64,000 nt of DNA, taken from IMG/VR virus record IMGVR_UViG_3300037400_004242. One strand, given 5' to 3'. Position 1 is the stretch's first letter, and each line of letters opens with the position of its first letter. Position numbers and translations under genes: made by a program. This DNA is from a virus. Its lineage: Duplodnaviria > Caudoviricetes. Positions 1-8,740 of the stretch are shown in pieces. Under the pieces are notes generated by a model. It ran no database searches and had not been told where the DNA came from. It saw only the letters and a program-made list of their open reading frames with translations.

Positions 1-126
1 GATGTTTCAGATGATGTATTTAATCACTTATACAAAACGAAATTGAATGATGATATGATGCATCAGATTCATGATAAAGTATATCAGTTGACAAATAAAT
101 ATTATGTATCCAATTTAGGAGTATAA
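1..126 (+). CDS. 3' end of a G-phi C-terminal-tag family protein (partial)
   Basis: Frame 1 is open from base 1: DVSDD...NKYYVSNLGV*. Not in the ORF track. Confidence 0.8.
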   Translation, partial: DVSDDVFNHLYKTKLNDDMMHQIHDKVYQLTNKYYVSNLGV

Positions 127-780
127 AAGTAATAAAATAAATTTTATTTACTTTTAATGTATAAAAAATATATGCAAGAGTAATAAATGAGAAGTACAAA
201 TATTTTTGCGTTTTCTAATGTTCAATGCATATATATCTTCTTTTTATACCTGATTGTCCTATGTTTGATATATATCGGAAAATTCTTGAAAAGGAAAAAA
301 TCGTTACGAAAAAATCCCTTATCAAATTGTAATAAATCTTTTCACAAGAGACATTAACTGAAAAAGTTCGCCACTAATGTACATTCTAAAAATAAAATTA
401 AAATCGTTGCAGGAGAGCAAAATTAAAATAAAAATAAAGTTAAAAAATAAAGTGAAAATAAAATAAATTATAAAAATAAAAAAAGATATATATTTCGGAT
501 GGAAATAGCATATAAGAAAAAAGAAATATATATCTTAAAAAATATGAAAAATAACATTAAATCGGAATGAAGCATATATAATGTGAGAACATATATAAGA
601 AATTATTAGTACTTAATCATCGTATTACTGATACCTAAATCATATCGGGAAAGATATATAAGAAATTAAATAATAAGGATATATATAAATTTTTTTGTTT
701 ATGAAGAAAATAATATATATTTAGATAAAGAAAAATAAAGAACAACAATGATTATTTAGATAAGAAAAAAATAACAAATA

Positions 781-960
781 AAATATTTTAGAGAATAGTA
801 GATAATGATATATATTTGAATAAAGAAAAAGAATTGAATAAAATCTTTTAGAGAATAATAGATAATGATATATATTTGAATAAAGAAAAATGACAAATAA
901 AAATATCTTAGAAACTAGAGAACAATAGTATATTATTAGATGAAGAAAAAAGGTAAATAA
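781..960. repeat. ~60-bp period tandem repeat in AT-rich non-coding DNA
   Basis: 781-840 and 841-900 are near-identical (ttttagagaatartagataatgatatatatttgaataaagaaaaa); 901-960 is a degenerate copy. Confidence 0.75.
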
Positions 961-1170
961 AAACATATCCCGCGCATCATTCATCAAAATTTTTCATAAA
1001 AATTTTTAACACTTCTCATTCGTGCCGACCATGGATGAACAGCGAGATATTTTTTTCTTATATATAGGAAAAATAAAAAAAACTTATATATATGGAAAAA
1101 TAAAAGCATATATATAAGAGAAAAGAAAAAATGTCTGACATTTTAGGCATTTTTTATATAAGGGAGAAAA

Positions 1171-1186
1171 TGTTCCATGTGAAACA
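1171..1186. promoter_or_regulatory. parS-like site 1
   Basis: TGTTCCATGTGAAACA, one mismatch from the Spo0J/ParB parS consensus TGTTNCACGTGAAACA. Confidence 0.7.
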
Positions 1187-1216
1187 TTTTTCTATATATA
1201 AGAAAAATTATTAAAT

Positions 1217-1232
1217 TGTTCCATGTGGAACA
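1217..1232. promoter_or_regulatory. parS-like site 2
   Basis: TGTTCCATGTGGAACA, a near-perfect 16-bp palindrome with two mismatches from the parS consensus. Confidence 0.65.
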
Positions 1233-1337
1233 TTTTGTTTCTTATATATACCAAAATTTTTATTTTTTCTATATATATAAGAAACAAAAGAAAAAATGTC
1301 TGATTTTTCAGACATTTTGCAAGAACGAAGAAAGTGA

Positions 1338-1366
1338 TTTACAGAATAGATAGAACAATGTATAAT
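1338..1366 (+). promoter_or_regulatory. sigma-70/sigma-A promoter
   Basis: TTTACA-N17-TATAAT upstream of 1394. Confidence 0.7.
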
Positions 1367-1393
1367 ATATAAGAAGGAATAGATGTGAAATAA

Positions 1394-1753
1394 ATGAGAA
1401 AGAAACAAAAATTCCATATATATAAGAAAAAAACAAAAATTACAGATGGGATGCAACATTACGTAAAAAGCTATCAATATATATCAGACGATTGCAAATT
1501 TGATTTTGACATATATGCGTATGATAATGCATATGGATATAATGATTACGATGAAATGTTTGTAGATATAAAGAATGAAGAAGCATTACATAGTGTGTAC
1601 ACTTATAATATTCGAGTAATAGACGATGAGATTTCTTATTCAACGATGGGTTCATATATGAATCCACAAGCGAAGAAAGAAATAGGGGAAATGATACAAA
1701 AAATACCGCAGGAGTATTTTTTAAGATATTTTCTTTTATACAATGGAGTATAA
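1394..1753 (+). CDS. G-phi tag family protein
   Basis: Ends IPQEYFLRYFLLYNGV*. Confidence 0.85.
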   Translation: MRKKQKFHIYKKKTKITDGMQHYVKSYQYISDDCKFDFDIYAYDNAYGYNDYDEMFVDIKNEEALHSVYTYNIRVIDDEISYSTMGSYMNPQAKKEIGEMIQKIPQEYFLRYFLLYNGV

Positions 1754-1756
1754 TAA

Positions 1757-2056
1757 ATGAATAGAACAATATGGAATGAAGAAACATATACATATCATTA
1801 TGAAAGAGATACAATTTATATTAAAATTAGTGATGAACTAGAAAAAGAAGGAAAGAAAAATGTAGTTGTGAGTGTATATTGCTATGTAAATGATGGGATT
1901 CCATTTCAATTTATTTATCAATGTAGCAGAGAGTATATAGATTTTCAACCATATCGTAGTCATTTCAACTCAGAGGATAAAAGATTTCAAGACATATTAA
2001 AGCTAATTCCGAAGGAAACATTATTTCAAAGAGATATACATTTAAATGGAGTATAA
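1757..2056 (+). CDS. G-phi tag family protein
   Basis: Ends IPKETLFQRDIHLNGV*. Confidence 0.85.
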   Translation: MNRTIWNEETYTYHYERDTIYIKISDELEKEGKKNVVVSVYCYVNDGIPFQFIYQCSREYIDFQPYRSHFNSEDKRFQDILKLIPKETLFQRDIHLNGV

Positions 2057-2083
2057 AAAATAACATATAAGAGGAAATTAGAA

Positions 2084-2383
2084 ATGAAATTGATAAAAAT
2101 AGGCTCAAACGGATTAGAAAAGTATTCTACTATATATAAGAAAAGAGAAGTAATGATTGAAATTTATCAATTCATTTCTTTAGTAGGGAAGAAAGAAATA
2201 GGATTTAATATATATATCAAAAAACGAGCGAATATGGTATATAAATTCATCTTATGTGTAGAAGATGATAAAATATCATTTTTCCCTAGATTAGGGAGTG
2301 AAAATAAAGATATGATGAATATATTAAATACTATTCCGAAGGAAAAAATAAAAGAACGATATATAAAAGTAAATGGAATATGA
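2084..2383 (+). CDS. G-phi tag family protein
   Basis: Ends IPKEKIKERYIKVNGI*. Confidence 0.85.
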   Translation: MKLIKIGSNGLEKYSTIYKKREVMIEIYQFISLVGKKEIGFNIYIKKRANMVYKFILCVEDDKISFFPRLGSENKDMMNILNTIPKEKIKERYIKVNGI

Positions 2384-2626
2384 CATGCATTATAAAACAG
2401 ATGTATTTCAATGCAATATATATGCATATGTTAGTCGTGGGGACGAAAAATTGCGAATTGGTATAAAAGGTATGTATTTATAGATTACATGAAAAATTAT
2501 GAATCAAGAAAACGGAAACATTATGAAGAATTTGGTGCAAATACATATAAGATATTAGAAATAGATAACACGTATTTTCCGAAAGAGACATTAAAGAGAA
2601 TACATATATTAGGGTATGACTTATGA
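2373..2626 (+). pseudogene. frameshifted G-phi tag family member
   Basis: The ATG 2373 frame stops at TAG 2481. The -1 frame continues from ~2465 to FPKETLKRIHILGYDL* (2626). Confidence 0.65.
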
Positions 2627-2880
2627 AAATCGTAAGTAGTAAAAAAAAGACAGTATATTATGGATATGGTAAGGCGCTTAGATATACATTTGACATATCA
2701 TCATTTAATGAGTGCTATATATGTGGGAAAAATATATGTGAATATACAAAATCGTATAAATATTACGTTACGCCTGATGGGAAATTTGCGAGTGAAGTTT
2801 ACACATTTTTTGAAAAAGAAATGTTTGATATACCTAGAGAACAAGTAACAAAGATGTTTGTAAAGGTCATGGGTGTTTAA
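2623..2880 (+). CDS. G-phi tag family protein
   Basis: Ends IPREQVTKMFVKVMGV*. Confidence 0.85.
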   Translation: MKIVSSKKKTVYYGYGKALRYTFDISSFNECYICGKNICEYTKSYKYYVTPDGKFASEVYTFFEKEMFDIPREQVTKMFVKVMGV

Positions 2881-2917
2881 AAATGCTATTGACAAAATAG
2901 CATTTTTTGTTTAATAT
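2879..2917 (+). promoter_or_regulatory. overlapping hairpin/terminator and sigma-70 promoter
   Basis: AAAAATGCTATT-gacaa-AATAGCATTTTT inverted repeat enclosing TTGACA (2889), with TAATAT at N17. Confidence 0.6.
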
Positions 2918-2941
2918 GTATGTAAAGAGAGGTGATGAAAA

Positions 2942-3301
2942 ATGTGTTCTAAGGTAATGGTTTCAGATAAGATTAATACGAAGCATAAAAAATGGAATTT
3001 ACGGAGATACAAATTAGAATATAATGGAAAGATGTATAATTTTTCATTGTATCGGTATTGTATGCATCAAAAATCAGATGGGATTTATATGAGCATGTAT
3101 ATTAACAAAAAGAAATATTATTATCGGTTGTGTTTTCATAAAGATTACACATACACATTTTTTCGGATAACAAGCTCTAATGAATTATTTGAACATTTGA
3201 AAAGAACTTATGATGAAAAATTTAAATTAGCAGATGAAATTCCTGATACTATAGATGAAAGAATTGTGCATGAATATGTACGATATGTAGATGGAGTATG
3301 A
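2942..3301 (+). CDS. G-phi tag family protein
   Basis: Ends DERIVHEYVRYVDGV*; RBS gaggtg. Confidence 0.85.
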   Translation: MCSKVMVSDKINTKHKKWNLRRYKLEYNGKMYNFSLYRYCMHQKSDGIYMSMYINKKKYYYRLCFHKDYTYTFFRITSSNELFEHLKRTYDEKFKLADEIPDTIDERIVHEYVRYVDGV

Positions 3302-3663
3302 CAATAAATTCTTATATACGGTATCATTTAAAATCTGCTAAATTTTTATCAAAGAATATTTCCTGCGTTCGATTTCAAATAACATATAAATATGGGACTT
3401 TGCCATGTATTTTTTATTTTGACAATAACAGATATGGAACATGTTTATTGCATGTATGGTATCATCAAACATACTTATTCAAATGGAAAGTAAAAATAAC
3501 AAAAAGGAGAACATTCCTTCTTGAACTAAAAGACGAAGACATATCCAATATTGTTAATAAAAAAGAAAAAATAGAAAAAATCTTAAAAGATAAGAAAAGA
3601 ATCATTAAATTTTTAAAGAAAAATTTTATTAAAAAAGCGTTTATATTAGAATATGGGATATAA
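3298..3663 (+). CDS. G-phi tag family protein
   Basis: Ends KAFILEYGI*; ATGA overlap with the previous gene. Confidence 0.85.
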   Translation: MTINSYIRYHLKSAKFLSKNISCVRFQITYKYGTLPCIFYFDNNRYGTCLLHVWYHQTYLFKWKVKITKRRTFLLELKDEDISNIVNKKEKIEKILKDKKRIIKFLKKNFIKKAFILEYGI

Positions 3664-3668
3664 AGAAA

Positions 3669-4031
3669 ATGAAATTAACAAGAATACGTCATGATGAAAC
3701 ACCAATTGGAGACGGAACACGAAATTTTCATTACTTTTACTTTTATTATGAACACAAGGATAAAATATTTAAGATAGAATTTATAAGTTCTAGTGAAGGA
3801 ATGAAATTAGAGCAAAAATATAAATATTTTGTTACATATAAAGATGCAGATAGAAACTATTTTTATCCAATGGAATTACATTCTTATTTATGGATAACAT
3901 ATGATGAAGGAAGAATTTGGATTCATATGCTTGAAGATTTCAACATGGATAAATTTGGAGACATATCAGATACACTTGCATTAAACGGGGAAGAAATGAA
4001 AAGGATGTTTATCTATAGCAATGGTGTATAA
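3669..4031 (+). CDS. G-phi tag family protein
   Basis: Ends NGEEMKRMFIYSNGV*. Confidence 0.85.
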   Translation: MKLTRIRHDETPIGDGTRNFHYFYFYYEHKDKIFKIEFISSSEGMKLEQKYKYFVTYKDADRNYFYPMELHSYLWITYDEGRIWIHMLEDFNMDKFGDISDTLALNGEEMKRMFIYSNGV

Positions 4032-4033
4032 AA

Positions 4034-4366
4034 ATGAGGAAAAGAAATTGTATAATGATAGGGGAAAAAAGAACAAGATTTTATTTTGGAAAAATAAAAA
4101 GTATAAAATGGTGTCTATGTGTATATGAAAATAGAGCAAGATTAGATTTCATGCATATAGATACAGGTTTTTCTATTTTTCAAGAAGAACTATGGAATTA
4201 TCCATTTAATATTATTCAAGAACATGGGGAATGTAAATTTCTATTTACAAAAATGCATTATCATGTATATTCAGAAAAAGAATTAAAATCTATTCAAGAA
4301 TATATAAAAATATGTTTTCCTAGAATTATATTACACCACATGATAATCGAAGAAAGTGGTGTATAA
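4034..4366 (+). CDS. G-phi tag family protein
   Basis: Ends FPRIILHHMIIEESGV*. Confidence 0.85.
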   Translation: MRKRNCIMIGEKRTRFYFGKIKSIKWCLCVYENRARLDFMHIDTGFSIFQEELWNYPFNIIQEHGECKFLFTKMHYHVYSEKELKSIQEYIKICFPRIILHHMIIEESGV

Positions 4367-4735
4367 ATGGAGATAAAAGAATTTTATAAAAAATATAAAC
4401 TCTATAAGAGAGAAAAACAATTAGATAAGATATTCTTTTTTCGTAATTTAGATGGAAAAATAAGTTTACTATTTCAAATTTCAAAAGATGTACGATTTGA
4501 TTTAGGAAGAATTTTATTTTATCGGCAAAATCAGGATAATAATCATAGAATTTATGATACTATGTTTGATACAAAAGAATTTACATTTGATGTAAATTGT
4601 GGTGACATAAAAATTTATAGAAGTAAGAAATATTTTGCATCAGAATCAGAAAATGAATATTACGCAGAAGAATTTAATAAAATTTTGCCGAAGGAAATTG
4701 TAAAAAAAATATTTATAGAAATGTATGGCTTATGA
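4367..4735 (+). CDS. G-phi tag family protein
   Basis: Ends LPKEIVKKIFIEMYGL*. Confidence 0.85.
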   Translation: MEIKEFYKKYKLYKREKQLDKIFFFRNLDGKISLLFQISKDVRFDLGRILFYRQNQDNNHRIYDTMFDTKEFTFDVNCGDIKIYRSKKYFASESENEYYAEEFNKILPKEIVKKIFIEMYGL

Positions 4736-5070
4736 ACAATATTAAATGGAAAAGTTACTTCAACATTAAATGGAAAAGTTACTTCAACTTATATTATGAA
4801 AGATTTGGATTTTCTATTTGCATAGATAGATATAATGTGTTTTTAATATCTATGTTTACATATACATTAAATAAGAAAAAAGTCGTTTTTAAGGAAAAGA
4901 CGAAAGATTATCTATTTGTATATGATAATGGATTTCAGTTTTTTCATGATGAAAATGAAATGGCGTACACAGAAACTATGCAAAAGGAAAGAGAGTATTT
5001 GAAAGAAAAATTAAAAATTGTGCCTGAAAAACTTGTTACAAAAATGTGTATTATTAGCTCAGGTATATGA
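4732..5070 (+). CDS. G-phi tag family protein
   Basis: Ends VPEKLVTKMCIISSGI*; has a 24-nt tandem duplication near the start. Confidence 0.85.
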   Translation: MNNIKWKSYFNIKWKSYFNLYYERFGFSICIDRYNVFLISMFTYTLNKKKVVFKEKTKDYLFVYDNGFQFFHDENEMAYTETMQKEREYLKEKLKIVPEKLVTKMCIISSGI

Positions 5071-5100
5071 AACGCAAACTTTTTGTTTGCGTTTTTTATT
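5070..5100 (+). terminator. intrinsic terminator
   Basis: AAACGCAAAC-ttttt-GTTTGCGTTT followed by a T tract. Confidence 0.75.
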
Positions 5101-5106
5101 TTTCTG

Positions 5107-5135
5107 TTGACAAAAAATCATGTATTTGCTATAAT
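5107..5135 (+). promoter_or_regulatory. consensus sigma-70/sigma-A promoter with extended -10
   Basis: TTGACA-N17-TATAAT with TG upstream of the -10. Confidence 0.85.
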
Positions 5136-5159
5136 TTAGAAAGAAGGTGGAGAGAAAAA

Positions 5160-5495
5160 ATGGAAGAACAAGAATTTTATTTACAAAAACATAAAAATAA
5201 CTGTAGAATTGGAAGTTTTTATGAACAAGTAGGAATTTATACTTTACAATTGCGTTTTATATATGAAGATGATGATGGAACACAATTTTTTGATATGTAT
5301 ATTTATAATCATGGAGTTCTCCTAATGCCTGGCATGAGGTATCGTAGAAAATTTGGAGAATATCGAAGTGGGATTAATCCTGCGATGAATAAAAGTATTC
5401 GTGAAATGAGCCAAAGAATGAAACAAAAACCTTTTATCAATGAAACGTTTTATGATGCTGTAAGTTCCATGTATATTAAATGGAGGGGCGTATAA
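5160..5495 (+). CDS. G-phi tag family protein
   Basis: Start moved from 5067 to ATG 5160 (after promoter and RBS aggtggag). Ends SMYIKWRGV*. Confidence 0.85.
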   Translation: MEEQEFYLQKHKNNCRIGSFYEQVGIYTLQLRFIYEDDDGTQFFDMYIYNHGVLLMPGMRYRRKFGEYRSGINPAMNKSIREMSQRMKQKPFINETFYDAVSSMYIKWRGV

Positions 5496-5498
5496 AAA

Positions 5499-5891
5499 AT
5501 GACTGTTGAAGAACTCAAAAAAGATTTTGTAACGCATCGAATGCAAGATGAATTTTTAGGTTCCTCAACAATTGTTGTTACTCCTAAGAACAAAAAATAT
5601 AAATATATTTATGTATTGAGAATTGAGCAACTTTTTTGTGAGACATATTCATTAACAATGAATGTATGTTTTTACTATGCGAATACACATCGAAAAGTCT
5701 TTAAAAGAACAAATCGTAATGCTACATCATATGTATACGTATATAAAAATCAATATCATTATGATGCAGATTTGCTAATTAAAGGATGTTGCTATTCCAA
5801 AAGGACTTATAAAAGATTCTATAAAATGATGGATGAATATTGTCCACCGGAAATTCTTAGTTATTTTGTTCATATGTTTATAGGAGTATAA
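5499..5891 (+). CDS. G-phi tag family protein
   Basis: Ends CPPEILSYFVHMFIGV*; similar to the next gene. Confidence 0.85.
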   Translation: MTVEELKKDFVTHRMQDEFLGSSTIVVTPKNKKYKYIYVLRIEQLFCETYSLTMNVCFYYANTHRKVFKRTNRNATSYVYVYKNQYHYDADLLIKGCCYSKRTYKRFYKMMDEYCPPEILSYFVHMFIGV

Positions 5892-5904
5892 GGAGGTAAT
5901 TCCT

Positions 5905-6297
5905 ATGACGTTAGAAGAAATAAAAGAAAAAATAGAATCTTGTTCTAATGTAAAAGTAAAATATATTAGTCGGTATTTAACTACATTAGAATGTGAATTA
6001 AACGATGATGAATATAATTACGTTGGCATTATGAGCGTTATTAAATGGCACCGTTTTGACTTTAGAGTAAATTTTAATTTCTATCATAAAATAACTGGAA
6101 AAAGAATATTTAAACAAGCAGAGTTTTATTATGCTCCATTAAAATATGATGGTACAAAGTATCGTGTTCCAATATACAATATTTTATCAAAAACAGAATA
6201 TACAGATGAAACAAAAGAAAAATTTGAAAAAGTTGTTCATAAATATTTTCCGAATGAATTGATTAACTACTATGGCATGATATTGAATGGGGTGTAA
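5905..6297 (+). CDS. G-phi tag family protein
   Basis: Ends FPNELINYYGMILNGV*; RBS aggaggt. Confidence 0.85.
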   Translation: MTLEEIKEKIESCSNVKVKYISRYLTTLECELNDDEYNYVGIMSVIKWHRFDFRVNFNFYHKITGKRIFKQAEFYYAPLKYDGTKYRVPIYNILSKTEYTDETKEKFEKVVHKYFPNELINYYGMILNGV

Positions 6298-6691
6298 AAT
6301 TATGCTAAAATTATATACGGATTGCTTTCAGGCATCACAAGAACAAATTCAAACATGGGAAAGCGAAATGTTTTTTCATGGAACAGAAGAAATTCATTTG
6401 AAAAACATTTATAATGATAATATATGTGTAGAAAAACTTGAATACACGGTAAATTACAATATTGATAGCAATTTGTTGTATGTAGTTTATCGTTTACAGA
6501 CGTATGGAACGCATGTAACGCAGGAGTACTATATTACAGATAAAAATAAAGACAAACTTTCTTTAAAACTACATAATATCTTTATGGATAAAGTTATTCA
6601 TTATGATACAATGTTTCAGGTACAAGAAAGAAGATTAAAAACTTTTCCTGAGATTACTTTAAGCACTTTAGTAAAGAGGTTTGGAGCATGA
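6287..6691 (+). CDS. G-phi tag family protein
   Basis: Ends FPEITLSTLVKRFGA*; start uncertain. Confidence 0.8.
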   Translation: MGCKIMLKLYTDCFQASQEQIQTWESEMFFHGTEEIHLKNIYNDNICVEKLEYTVNYNIDSNLLYVVYRLQTYGTHVTQEYYITDKNKDKLSLKLHNIFMDKVIHYDTMFQVQERRLKTFPEITLSTLVKRFGA

Positions 6692-7320
6692 GTACTATTA
6701 TTGAAATTTTCAATGCTTTTATAAGTACTGTTTATAATTTATTTTTATCTGTTTTGTTTTACTTTTTCTATATATATCATTTTGTTTTAGTTCACTTTAA
6801 TTCAAAACTCACGAATCAAGAAAAATTGTTCTTTTACAATGATAAATATAGAATTGGATTACAAGCATTAAGCCATATTACAGGAAAATTTGATTTAGAT
6901 AATATGGACGCTCAAAAGAGAAAAAATTTACATAATCTTATGGTATGGTTATATGAAATCACATATAAAGAATATACTGTAAAATTTTCCATTCGTAATT
7001 ATACAATTATGGATGGAAAATTTTCTAATGACTATAGTATTTGTGTAACTGTATATAATTATTTGTATTGGGAAGATGCTTGGAGTGGAGAATTACAATA
7101 CAAACGCGGTATGATAGGAAGATATCTTTATCGAAAAGACTTTGCATTTTCTGATTTTAACAAATTTTGGAAAAAATGTATGTTTTTCAAATATAGCATT
7201 GAAAATCGTCCATATTATAAAGCGATGTTGTTTGTTTTAATTCAATATGCTTATAAGAAGTATATTGTAAAGGAATATCCTGAATTTGTTCATAAATCTA
7301 TTATTAAATTAGGATTGTAA
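6688..7320 (+). CDS. G-phi tag family protein with hydrophobic N-terminus
   Basis: Ends YPEFVHKSIIKLGL*; possible N-terminal transmembrane helix. Confidence 0.8.
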   Translation: MSTIIEIFNAFISTVYNLFLSVLFYFFYIYHFVLVHFNSKLTNQEKLFFYNDKYRIGLQALSHITGKFDLDNMDAQKRKNLHNLMVWLYEITYKEYTVKFSIRNYTIMDGKFSNDYSICVTVYNYLYWEDAWSGELQYKRGMIGRYLYRKDFAFSDFNKFWKKCMFFKYSIENRPYYKAMLFVLIQYAYKKYIVKEYPEFVHKSIIKLGL

Positions 7321-7393
7321 TTTGTTATTACTCATTGTTTTTTAATAAAACGATGATATAATAAAACCATCTAAAATATAGGAGGATATTGTT

Positions 7394-7702
7394 ATGACGA
7401 GGACATTTGTAAACAATAAGACAAAGGTTGTAACGACTTGTAAAAAATCGAAACGGATTCGTGTTGTAGCAAAAGCAAAATGCCATGATTTGGATGCTTT
7501 TAATGAAAAAGTGGGTAAAAAACTTGCTACAATTCGTGCGGAAAAGAAATTTGCGACAGCACAGAAAGTGTATTTCACAAAACGTGCTGAGAAATATTCT
7601 AATAATGCAAAAGCATATGCACAGTATGCAGAAAATGCGCATGAATCATATGAAAAAGCGGTACGAGATTTAAAAGAATTTCTGTTCATGCTGAATCATT
7701 AA
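7394..7702 (+). CDS. small phage protein with AxCxxxDxF...G..LA..RA motif (paralog 1)
   Basis: AKAKCHDLDAFNEKVGKKLATIRA; RBS aggagg; extended -10 TGATATAAT at 7354-7362. Confidence 0.8.
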   Translation: MTRTFVNNKTKVVTTCKKSKRIRVVAKAKCHDLDAFNEKVGKKLATIRAEKKFATAQKVYFTKRAEKYSNNAKAYAQYAENAHESYEKAVRDLKEFLFMLNH

Positions 7703-7714
7703 GGAGAAATAAAT

Positions 7715-8032
7715 ATGTATACAAAGCCTTATTGTAATAAAGAAAAGAATGTCATCACAATTTCTGAAGTAGACAAAAAGAAAAATATTGTTACAACAGG
7801 AAAAGCAAAATGTAATCACATTGACAATTTTTCCTTTGAAAAAGGAAAAGAACTTGCTCGTTTGCGTGCACATGTAAAATTTGAACGTGCAAAGGAAGTA
7901 TACTTTAAGAAAATTTCTCGTAGTTATGCACGTCAGGCATTGTATAGTAAAGAACGTGCAGATGAAGCAGAACAGGTTGCTAAAAAATGGAGTTCTGTTT
8001 TGGAAGAAATGGAAAATAATCTGAAATATTAA
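7715..8032 (+). CDS. small phage protein with AxCxxxDxF...G..LA..RA motif (paralog 2)
   Basis: GKAKCNHIDNFSFEKGKELARLRA; RBS aaggag. Confidence 0.8.
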   Translation: MYTKPYCNKEKNVITISEVDKKKNIVTTGKAKCNHIDNFSFEKGKELARLRAHVKFERAKEVYFKKISRSYARQALYSKERADEAEQVAKKWSSVLEEMENNLKY

Positions 8033-8037
8033 AAATG

Positions 8038-8098
8038 AGGGTACTTGAATATTCGAGTACCCTTTTTATTGACTTAGATACAAAACTCGTTGTATAAT
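8038..8098 (+). promoter_or_regulatory. terminator followed by sigma-70 promoter
   Basis: AGGGTACTTGAA/TTCGAGTACCCT hairpin with T tract, then TTGACT-N18-TATAAT. Confidence 0.65.
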
Positions 8099-8119
8099 AT
8101 TATTGGGGGTGGAATAAAT

Positions 8120-8464
8120 ATGATGACTTGTGATTTCTGTAATGGAATGAGTGTAAAAGGAGCATTTAGTTTTTATGGATATGGAGATTACGATATTCTT
8201 CTTGAAATTTATCCGTCTACGTATCGTAGAAATATGATTGCCTATGTATATATAGATATACAATCTCCAATGAGAGGGGATTTTTGTGATACGATTCTAT
8301 GCAGAATTAAAAAGAAATATGGGAGATTAGTATTTGAAATGGGTAAGAAAAGTGCGATGGGAACGGAATATAATCAAAAGAAAGTTCATAAAATGCTAGA
8401 GAAAATTCATTTATTTGACGAAAAAACATTAAGGAGATTGCTAATCTATGGAGAAGGAATTTGA
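8120..8464 (+). CDS. G-phi tag family protein
   Basis: Start moved to ATG 8120. Ends DEKTLRRLLIYGEGI*. Confidence 0.85.
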   Translation: MMTCDFCNGMSVKGAFSFYGYGDYDILLEIYPSTYRRNMIAYVYIDIQSPMRGDFCDTILCRIKKKYGRLVFEMGKKSAMGTEYNQKKVHKMLEKIHLFDEKTLRRLLIYGEGI

Positions 8465-8681
8465 TTTTCGGGTTATAGATAATGGAATTGCTCTAGATAT
8501 AAAAAAGAAAGCGTATTTATTTATCACATCAAAATTTAGTTTCGATGTTGTTATCTTATTTGATAATGAGCAGGGGACATATTATAATAGTTATGATGAA
8601 AATGATGATATTATAGATATAGTCGGTAAAAAAATGTTTTTCCAAGCAAGGAAATATACGATACTACAGTATGGTGTTTAA
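8448..8681 (+). CDS. G-phi tag family protein
   Basis: Ends RKYTILQYGV*. Confidence 0.8.
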   Translation: MEKEFDFRVIDNGIALDIKKKAYLFITSKFSFDVVILFDNEQGTYYNSYDENDDIIDIVGKKMFFQARKYTILQYGV

Positions 8682-8688
8682 AAAACTG

Positions 8689-8718
8689 TTGACAAGAAAT
8701 GATGAAAAATGATATAAT
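8689..8718 (+). promoter_or_regulatory. sigma-70 promoter
   Basis: TTGACA-N18-TATAAT with extended TG. Confidence 0.75.
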
Positions 8719-8740
8719 ATCAATAAGAGGTGAAGAAAAA

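Noticed and set aside
2432-2483. Stop-codon reassignment (TAG read-through), as in some large gut phages
   Set aside because: Long genes are intact in the standard code. Reading through either TAG here meets another stop nearby, so a frameshift explains the locus better.
1394-7320. Integron-like cassette array or diversity-generating retroelement
   Set aside because: Genes abut or overlap, leaving no room for attC-like sites. No integrase or reverse transcriptase lies in the window, and I saw no adenine-specific template/variable repeat pair.
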